In this document: piece by piece, positions 12,078-22,070 of the stretch
Layout: every line of letters starts with the position of its first letter
Position numbering within the stretch: the first letter of the stretch is position 1
Made by a program: the position numbers and the translations under genes
The notes under the pieces: model-generated
What the model was told of the DNA's origin: nothing
Databases searched by the model: none
Seen by the model: the letters and a program-made list of their open reading frames with translations, nothing else
Source: Vicugna vicugna
Taxonomy: Eukaryota
Reading direction: 5' to 3'
Length of the DNA stretch: 64,000 nt
NCBI GenBank assembly: GCA_013265495.1
Contig: MU057377.1
Coordinates: forward strand, 124,001-188,000

Positions 12078-13289
12078 TGTGTAATTCTAAATACTTGAAA
12101 CTACTCAAAGGTTTTTGTTGATAGTAACACTTTAGTAAAGGCATTAGAGTATCTTTTTGTGTTATTTTGGTCCGTAAGTATTTATTTTAACTTGTGGATT
12201 TGATAATTAAGTTGAAACTACTGTGTAAAAGCTTCCTAAGAATTGTTCACTGAGACAGTCTCATGTTAGGCTTATTCTGCCGTAGATATTAGTGTTCTGA
12301 CATTACAGTCTGCCTGGAATCATGCTGATAGTTCAGAGCCGCGTGAGTGAGGATTTACTTTATTGGTATGTGTAAGGATGTTCTTGTTTGGATAATGTAG
12401 CCTTAGCTGAGTTGAGCTGGAAATGTTGACTGGAATGTGTGCTTGAATAATATAGGTTACTCTGTCTCAGGGTATTTCAGAAGTACTGCTGCTTCATTGA
12501 GAGGCTTTTTTGGCATGAGATGTTAATTTTCTGCCAACCAGTGGTGTTTGTACTTGATCTGAGAGAGGCTAGCTCTATCAACACATAGGACAATGATTTA
12601 CTTGCCTTATCCTTTTCTTTGTAGCCTTCAGAAATTCCAGAAAACAGAGTCTCTTTGTTAGGAAGGAAATACAGTCTTTATATGAAAAGCTTTGAATGCT
12701 TTTCTTATCAAAACACAGAAGGCCCTTTATCTTTAGATCCATTGGGTTCACTCATCAGCGTAGGTGCGAGCTTCGCCCCCACCCCCTCCCTCAGAATTGC
12801 AGGGCAGGCTGAGCAGCTGGTTTGTTTAGAAATCATAACAGCAAGCGAGTGTGACAAACGTTCGTCTGCTTCGCAAAAGTGGTTTATAAGTGCAGTCTTC
12901 TCTCAACATACCCTTTGTACCACTGCTGTGCTGGGCTTCGAATCGAAGAGAACTCATTTCTAGTTCTACTTGAACCAATAATTAGTTACATAACCTGGTA
13001 TAAATCGTTTCCTCTTTCTTGGCTCAAATTGTTTTGGTTAAGCTATTGAAGCCATGCTCAACCTTCTTGCAGTTTAAACTTTTTGGTATTTTAAGCGTGT
13101 TTGTGTTTTAGGTCTTCAGCTGGGTTATCCACTCACCTAAGACAAGGGTTTGACCTTACTTTGGCAGTACGCGCAGTACGTAGCACGGCACATCACATGT
13201 CATAGTAGAAATGTGTTCGCAACCTCAGGTCTCAAACCTCAACCTTCCAAGGCTCAGGTTCCCCGTACAAGAGTTTCCTGCCCAGAATT

Positions 13290-13640
13290 CTCTTTTTTGC
13301 ATCCCTCTGCCTTTTCAAATCATTCAAATAAAAACTAAAAACCTTCCAAGGACTTGCGTGGCCCTGTGTAATCTGGTCGGAATCCCCTCTGGATGTGTTT
13401 TCAACCTCATCCTCTGCCGTTCTTTTCTCTGCCCCCTCAGCTGCTCCAGCCCGGCCTCCCTGCTGTACCCAGAACCCGTCAGAGATGCTGCTTCACAGCA
13501 TTTTGTTTCCTCTGCCGCCAGAGCTCTTCTCCAGGACGCTGCACGACTCGGTCCTTTACCCTCTTCCACTTCTTGCTCGTTCTCCTCGAGACCCACTTTG
13601 ACCAACTTACTGATAACTGCACGCTCTTTCCCCTGGCACC
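13290..13640 (+). mobile_element. L2 fragment
   Basis: ccaaggacttgcgtggccctgtgtaatctggtc...ctgctccagcccggcctccctgctgtacccagaac...tgtttcctctgcc, L2 3'-region-like. Confidence 0.6.
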
Positions 13641-13707
13641 CGTGACTACGGGCCCAGCCCCGCATTTGACAGTAGCTCACAGTTGTCGCGATCGGCTCTG
13701 CTGACAC

Positions 13708-14320
13708 AAAATGGAATTTGATGGTACAGGGTCCCCCTGGAGTAACTGAGTGAAACTGCTAATAACGCCTTAGCACATTCGTTACACATTCTAATTTAGA
13801 AGTGAAGTCTGATTTCCTAGAATTGTTAGAAGCATTTGTAGACTCAGGTATGTTCTGTTGAAATGAACTCCATTCTAGGAATTGGGGTGATGGGATAACT
13901 TTGGAACCACATGGCTCCCCAAATGGAAATCAGAGGCCTTTGGAAAATGGTGTTATGGGTTCTGGTGCAGAAACTGTATGTTGTATATGTCCTCATGTTT
14001 TCACATGTATATGACGGTTAATAGATGCTCTTTCGGTCATGAAGTTGGTATTAAACTTGAGAAGCTATTTACTGATAAATGCGTATGGGGATGTGTGTAT
14101 GCGTACACACATACATACATATGCACATATATTCATGTGCTTCCTCGAGTTTCTGTTATAAAATGGAATTTGACAGTACAGAATTCCTTAGGGTAATGAA
14201 ATGGAATTATGAGTAACATCTTAGCACATTACACGTATTCATGTACAAGTAAAGGTCTGATTTCTCAGAAGTTGGTGGAAGCATTTTGGAGACTCAGCTA
14301 TGTTCAGTTAGAATGAAGTC
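13708..14320 (+). repeat. Diverged direct duplication: two ~160-bp units at 13708-13870 and 14160-14320
   Basis: Collinear anchors AAAATGGAATTTGA, CTTAGCACATT, GTCTGATTTC, GAAGCATTT, AGACTCAG.TATGTTC and AATGAA.TC occur in both units. Confidence 0.85.
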
Positions 14321-15498
14321 ATGTGCTTACTTGCCATCTGTGTAGCTTCTTTGGTGAAAAGTCCCTTCAGATCTTTCCATTGTAGCTTTTGTTACTGGGC
14401 TTTTTATTACTGAGGTTTAAAGAAATATATATATATGCGTTTGTACACACACACAGACACACACACACAGAGGATACAGCTTTTGTTGGATTTGCAAAAT
14501 TTCCCTCCTACTCTATGTCTTGTCTTTTCGTTCCCTTAGCTCAACAGTGTTTCTCACAGACGAGTTCCTAGTTTTGGTCCAGGGCAGTTTATCAGTTTCC
14601 ATTTTCATTTAGTTCAGTACGTATCTGGTTTGCCTTTTGGTTTCTGCTTTGACCCATGTGTTATTTAGAAGTGTGGTAGTTAGATTCCAATTATTTGGGG
14701 AGTTTCCAACCATCTTTCTGTCATATTTTGATAGTGTAATTCGTTACGTTACATTATATGTTGAGGATAATTACACGTGAGAATATATGGTGTATGATTT
14801 GAATCCTTTTGCATCTATAGAGACTTGCTTTATGACCCAGAATATGGTCTTTCCTCTTACAAGTCCTGTGTGCATTTGGGTTTTTGTCTTAGGGCTGTTC
14901 AGTTGTTGGGAAACAGATCCTTTCAGGCTTGCCCTGAAGCGTTACTGGGTGAGACCTTCAGTCTAGTGCCGACCGGCGGGCTCTGGCACAGGGCTGCCTT
15001 CTGGGTACTGGGCCCCTCACCCCGTCGTCGTGAGGGTTTCCACCGGGAGGTGTGAACGGCAACCACTCCTGGGCCAGGGCTGTTCCTTCTGCTTCCTTTG
15101 GGTGGTCCTTTCCCAGCTGCGGTAGCTTCCTCGGATGACCCGCTGGTCACACCCCGCTGAAGACCGGGGCAGGACGGGGGCTGGGGTGGTGGGGAGCCCT
15201 CGGTCCCCTGCGCAGCGTTCCCTCCTCCACGCTCTGTTCTGCGCACACGGGCTGCCCGGGCCCCGCCTCCCACACCTGCCCCGCGTCTCCGGGAGACCGC
15301 TGCGCCCTGCCCGGGCCCGCCCTGCTTGAGCTCCGTGGAGAACTCTCCAGACCGCATGCTGGGGGCCGGTGTGAGGCTTGCCGTACTTGTTTGCTCCCTG
15401 TCAGGGACCAGTGTCCTTACGGACTGAGGTCTGGAACACTCGTACGGAGGGAGGGTAAATCGGTCCTTGGTACTTCCTCGAGCCCAGAAGCAGACGTC
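14321..15498 (-). mobile_element. Old L1 fragments: ORF2 pieces 14321-14880 and an L1MC/MD-like 5' end 14890-15498
   Basis: atgtgcttacttgccatctgtgtagcttctttggtgaa; tttgacccatgtgttatttagaagtgtg; 5' end motifs cctttgggtggtcctttccc, cagggaccagtgtcctt, ggagggtaaatcggtcc...gaagcagacgtc. Confidence 0.75.
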
Positions 15499-16739
15499 CT
15501 GTTTGTAGGTTGCAGAGGTGCTGCCGAACACTCCGTGCCTGTGGTCGGAGGACAAGCGATGGGAGCGAGGTCGGTGGGCTCAGTAACCTTTGGAACCAGA
15601 GTTCCCCACTAGTTCTGAGGATCGCCTCGCATCTTTCCACCAAAAAAGTGACTCTGCATCAGCACCTCCCGTTTTGTGCGAGTCTCGTTTCACAATCCAC
15701 ATTCCCCTTTGAGAGGGAACTGGGCCCAGGTTAGGCTCTGCATTTGTCTCATTCAGCTCAGGCCCGAGGTCAGCCTGACCTGGGATGGGTGTGGCTCCTG
15801 GACCCCAGCCCAGGAGAGGCTGCAGCTCCCAGGAAACAGGGAATTGTTATGACCTGGGCTGTCACTCCCTTTGTGGATTTAATGCTGTTATTTTTGGTTT
15901 TGGGAAAAAAAAAGATTTGTAAGTCCAAATGAGAAAAAAAGCACCTTAAACCCAGAAGCCAGCGTCGTTTCAAAATAATGGCTCATGAAGCTTGTCCAGT
16001 TGCAGTTAAATTGGATTCTCCCCTCTGTGCTGGCCAGCGGTGCTGTGTTTGCCGCTCCGTGCTGGGCGACAGACAGAGGCAGTGGGCTGCCAATGGGCAC
16101 CAGAGAAGTTCGTGGAACAGCAGCTGAAGGGGCTGTGAGTAGAGAAAGTAAATCAGGAAGTGAGGGAGTAATGAGACCCTGCTGGGAGAGGGTGGGCTGG
16201 CCGGGGCGCCTCCAGGTGAGCGTCCACCCGTCACCTCTCTCCTCTCTCACTGGTTTGAGCACTGAGCTGGGAATCTTGCCATTGGAAGTAAGTAATGCCT
16301 TATTTATTTCTGCAGAGTCTAGTTGATCAGAAAACACAGCTCTGCCTAGACTAAAGGGAGACGGGTGAATGAAGGAAGGAAGCCAAGACTTTTTTTTAAG
16401 TTGAATTCTAAATATTTATTTTGAAATTGACCAAGTTTTATGTAACTGGAATCTAGAAGCTTTGCAGCCTTCAGTAACTTAGATTCTTATTATGAAGGTC
16501 TTTCTTGTCTAGCTGAGGAAAGGCCTAAAAGCTGGTGAGGATGATGGCTGTCCCCTCACTGTGGTGATTAAGCAGGGTTTCCTGTAATACTTGGTAGCAG
16601 ACGGAGGCAGACGAGCTAGCGAGAGAATGCAGACACCTCCTTCTCCTGAGGGCCTCTGGGGTGTCCCCATGTCCGCAGGTGGACTGTTTCTGGCTGGGTG
16701 TCCACAGCTTCTTTACAAGAGCTGTGTTCAGCGTTTGTC

Positions 16740-16905
16740 AGTGTGTGTTTTGGAGCTACGGATTGGTTGACAGATGATGAATCAGGTTCCTGGGGTACAT
16801 TTCAGATTATCTTCATGGGAGGAGGGAGACAGAAGTGGAACCTGCATTTTTGCCAAAGTTTCCCAGGTGACTTGTCATGAATCTGAAAGTTGGAAGTCAT
16901 TGTCT
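16740..16905. mobile_element. MER5-like hAT-Charlie MITE remnant
   Basis: ggaacctgcatttttgccaaagtttcccaggtgacttgtcatgaatctgaaagttggaagtcattg. Confidence 0.5.
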
Positions 16906-19900
16906 AACGGAGCCCTGCTGTGGTGGTGCGTGGGTCCAGCGGCCTGGGCATGGGGCGGGGGGCTCAGTCTGAACCCCACTGCTCTGCGGGAGGGCCGCAG
17001 GTGTGGCAGGGCAGCTGATCGTGGTTGCAGGAGCAGGGCGGTGTCTCCTGCAGGCCCTGCGTGTGCAGCTGGAACAGCTGGGATATGGATGGGGACGGGC
17101 AAGGGGTGAGAGGAGGAAATAGTGTCATGGACCAGAAAGGACCAGGGAGGATTTGGACTGATAATAGGCCTTTGTGTAATCAGGCAGTCGGGCAATTTTT
17201 GGGAGAGGTGGCAACAGATTTTTGATGTCTTACATGAATGCTAGTATTAATAAGTCTCAGTTATGAACTAAGTCTCAAAGAGACATTCACGTAGAGGCTT
17301 GGGTGTGTCCTCAGCAGTTAACAAAAAAGAGGAAGCTGTTTTCAGACTGAGCGACACCACACGAAGAAGGCAGGCCGTCCGAAGTGGGAGCAGATGGGAA
17401 CTGCAGCGTTGAGCCCGGGAGTGGCCGTCCCAGCAGACGGGCCGGAGCACGGGCGTTTGCAGGGGCCTTCACCGGAACAGACTCACCACTGATCATCTCA
17501 GGGATGATTTCCAGGACATACAGAATTTATCACTTCAACTTAAAATGTAAGAACTGGGCAAACCATTTAATCTCCCGGGATCTCAAAATGAGTGGATTAG
17601 TTTAGATAACATCTTTGGTTCCCTCTCACTCAGTATCTTTACTATTCAGATTCAATAAAAGTTTTAATCCGTTCCTGCTCAACTCTCGAGAGAGAGGGTA
17701 GTTTTGCAGTTATTCCAACCTATATTTTCCAATAATATCTTTTAAAATTGATAAACGTCTAGATACCCGTTGTAAACGGAATGTCATAGATCACACAAAC
17801 GTGAGCATGGACTGTTAAGCTAAACTCCAGATCACTCTCCCAGAAGAGGAAGTGTGCTCATGAGCCCACAAGAAATAGCCTCCGAGTCATGGTTTTTTTT
17901 AATGTAATGGGTGGAGATGCTGCTCAGCCTGGATTTTTTAATTTCAGTTTTATCTTCCTGCCAAAAGCCAGGGTATTTTGTCAGACTCTTCTCTGGAGCT
18001 GAGTAGCCGTCTCCAGCGACGTAGGGAGGCAGAGGACAGCGTGAAACAGAGCCAGTCTCCCTCCGGCATTTGGGTGGATGTACGTGGCACTGTAATTAGG
18101 GAGGAACAAATCCGGACCTAGACCTGCAGAAACAATTGAAGATTCTACGCCTTGAGTTGTGAGCAAGCACAGAGCAAAAAGAAGCAGTTTCCTTATTTAG
18201 TATGTCAGCTTCGGTATAAACAAGTGACTCCTCCCTTTTGAATCAGTGTGGATTTTTATGCTGTTAGGGAAAGAACCGTCTGTACCTATTTTGCCCATTT
18301 TCTCTCCTGTTAAAAGACCTGTCCGTTTCCTTACAGAGACCAGTTCGTTTGTTCATTCAACGAACATTGATGGCCCACTTAGTTCCAAGCACAGTGCCAG
18401 GGACTAGAAGTGTGAGTTTTTCAATCAAAGTTATGCTGGACGCCAGGCGAAGCTTTGTGTGTCTTACTTTTTTCTGGTCCTTTTTTTCTCTCGTGAGTTC
18501 TGGCATAATTCCCGAAGCTGTTCTCTGTATCGGGTATTCCTCTTTCAAAACTTTTTTAGCGCTCTATTTTAAAGAATAAAGGCCAATCTGTTTTTTTTTT
18601 AAGACCTCAAAATGTAGAGGCCTAAATTAACGTAGAAGTGTCTGGCGGAGGACGCTGTCCGGGGGAGTTACTCTGGGGCTCACGTTTATAGTTCTGTTGC
18701 TTCCTACGCTGTTGTTCTCATCTGCAGAGTCAGAGCAAGGTCACTGCTGTGTCCAGGTTCAAGCCCACAGGATGGGCAAGAGAAATAGCTCAGGCAAGAA
18801 GTCTCTCCCGCGGCAAGGCAGGGGCCGCCTCACAGATCACTTTCCCTGGTAAGGACCTGGTGCTTGGCCGTGCTCGGCTCTGGGGGAGGCTGGCGAAGGC
18901 AGTCCCAGCCCCTGGTCATGAGGAAGGAGGGGAGGAGATGGGGAGGTCCCCTGGCGGTGGGCCATTGGTGCCCATGCTGAAGTGGCGTCTTTTATGATCT
19001 CAGGAGCTCACCCCCGTCCAAGGAGCTTGTGAGGGAAAACTGACACATTGTAGGTCTGAACTTGTTTTTGGTTCTTCCTTTCATCCTTCATCCCTCACCC
19101 CCAGTGCGGACACGTCTGATTTCCCAGCATAAGCTGCCGTGCACATCAGTGGGTTAAAGAAACACCAGGGAAAGAGCGGTAGGGAGGACGTCACCCTTTT
19201 TCCTCGTTAGGTGGGGGCCGGCGCAGCGGGCCGTTCTGGTGGAAAAGCCTGAACACTACGAACAGGCTGTGTAGATGCGCGCTCAGGTTTTAGCCCTAAT
19301 GTGTACGCTTCAGTTCTCTGTTACGGTAAAAACCTTGGCTGGTCACCATCGCGTCACAGCTGCCTTTTTTGTGGCCCTCCTTCGCTTTTCTCCGTATTTC
19401 GTTTCCCCATCTTTTTCTTCTTCTCTGTGCTTCATTTGTTCACGAAAGGATTTATTTCTAACGTTAAGCTTTCTTTGATTTTGAAAAACCAGAATGTTAA
19501 TGTATTAATCCTAAACCTGTCAAAATTAAATTTCTAAAGGAAATTTTGAGTGAGATTCTTATTTAGGGTGTCCACTTTGATTATATGCTGGAGGACATGA
19601 CTATGATATATAGACGTACTTCTGAGTGAGAATGTTTTGTTGTATTCTTTTCAGAGCTAAGATACAATAAAATAACTTTATTAATTTTGATAGTAGTCTA
19701 ATACTGATATGTAAATATATCTATTGTGTATGTATGAATACATGTGTATATATGCATATTGATGAAAATTTGGAAAATAAAAAATGCATATATCGGAAAA
19801 TGTAAATCACAAATAATGCCACATTCTAGAAATTACCATTATTAACATTTTTAGGTGTTTCCCTTGTGTCTTTAATATGATGATGTTGGTTTTTAAGAGT

Positions 19901-21987
19901 CATGGGCAATTGGTTGTCTTTTTTCTTCATTTTATTGTGCCATAATTTATAAATAAAAAGGATATTTAATAGAGGCATGATAGATAGACCCATTCAGTCT
20001 TGAGTTTTGTATTTTTCTGTTTTATCAAATGTTAAACTTTTTAATTTATTAAATTTTTGTGCATTTTTTATCCTACGGAAGTCAGAAATATTTAACATTT
20101 CTTGCCAGTCATTGCCTGCTCACTTTGCTCCAGAGTCTTCAATTTAAATGTTTTCCTTTGCCAAGCTTAGATTTTTATGTGACTTTTAAGAGAGTATGGA
20201 CATACTCCTCCAAGCCAGACATCTGTTATGTATAAGCGTTGGTCCCGCCCCCCCCAGGAATAAATGTATTCCTTTTGTTAAGCTTGTTGGTCATGACCTC
20301 TTGAATTTTCAGGCTAATCAGCATCATGGGTTTGAAGGAAGCACATTTTATTTCTCCTAAAATTTGGGAAATCAGTTTATATTGCCGTATGGGCTGTGTG
20401 ACAGAAATGATTTATTCCTTAATTCTGAACGCTTTAAACAGCGGCTGTGTGGCTGTCTCTTACTCATCACTGTCCATCTGTAGTCTTTTGAACTATTCTG
20501 ATTATTCTGTAGTTTCTTCTATTTTTTTTAAATTATTAATGTAGTAAGTAACAGGCAATTTTGAAAAAAGAAAAAGGTTATTCTTTTTCATACAAGTAAC
20601 ATGAAAATACTCATTTTTGTGCAGTCTCTTTCAGATTTCAATGGGAGCTTATTAATGTGGTTGTAATCATATACAATAGAGTTTTTACTTAATAACTTTC
20701 TATATTGCTTGCTGCTGTGGATGTGAATTACAAGATTATGTATATTTAAAAATCTGCGATCCTCCCCGCAGCCATTGTAAATATTCATGAACTCACCCGT
20801 AACTTAACACGCTTGAGAGAATTCATTTATTGCCATGATATGACCAAATATAAATTTGTCTGATGTGTTTAATAATTATAGATTTAGAAAAATTTACAAA
20901 TAGTTTTTATAAGTGTGGTTTGGCTCATGCGCCGTTATACTTCCCGTTTCTAAATTTTAATCAAATACATGCTTTGTGGTTTACTATTTCTCCTTTGTTC
21001 AGTATTTTAAAAAAACTTGTAAAATAAATAATTGTGACATGTGAAAAGATATATTTTCTTTTGACTTCTGCATTTTGACCACTATTTTCATGAGAAATAG
21101 CTAATGTAAAAACTGGAAATAACAAAAGTCTGTTGTAGTTTTTTAGTGTATCCTTTAGTCGGGCAGATTTTTAGGTGCAGGGGATTAGACTGTTGTAAAT
21201 AAGCCCGTGTATTATGTTAAGAGAGTGCACAGAGGAAGGGGTGGTATGTCAATAAAATGCATTTACTGACCCATGTGTGAATTGGTGACCGAGATTGTTA
21301 AAGCATTGAGTTCTGAAAGTTTTTCTCTTATCTTTATGCTCAACAATGGAAAGTTTCACCGTATGGTCAAATAACATCTTCATCAGGTTCTCAACAGGGC
21401 ACCTCAGTTAGTTTTCAGCTGAGTGCTTGACAGGATTTTCTCGGGAGCCGGCTGCATGGGCGTCTGGACGCGGGAGCCCGGGCTGGTTCTGTGCGTGCTG
21501 AGCGGGAGCAGCCCCTCTGATGCCAGGGCCCCACGCTCAGGCCACGGGGACAAAGACGTGCCTTTTGTTCCCCAGGAGAGGGGCTAATCCGACTGCTGCC
21601 CACTGGGAAGAACCTTTTATGAGAGGAGAAAAAACTTTCCTGGAAGGTGAAGGGTGAGCAGTTTAACCTCTGACCGTAAAATAAAAAAGCCAGTAAGGGA
21701 GGAGGGGTGCTGTGCAGGGGAGGGGGTGAGGTGGGGGGGCAAGAGTAGGAACCTCCCCCGGGGTCTCCGTGCAGGGGTTTACAAAATCAGGTCAAGCAGA
21801 TGACTCTGAGAGATGGTACTGGAGTTCTGGTAAACCAGGCACATGTCCAAAGGTGTCTTTCGACTTAACACGCTTAAACATAGGTGTTTAATGTCTTTAT
21901 TTGAAGAGTACTCCAAGAGTAAAATACTTCATTTGAAATATTTGAAGTCTTGCAGACTATAATGTAAATGCAAGAAACAATGGAAGT

Positions 21988-21988
<1 letters not shown>

Positions 21989-22061
<73 letters not shown>

Positions 22062-22070
22062 TTTTTTTTT
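21989..22070. repeat. Perfect (TAT)~24 microsatellite followed by poly-T
   Basis: Read directly. Confidence 0.97.

Noticed and set aside
14923..15555. 210-aa minus-strand ORF, the longest in the window
   Set aside because: Lies in a GC-rich L1 5' end where stops are rare; no recognisable protein similarity.
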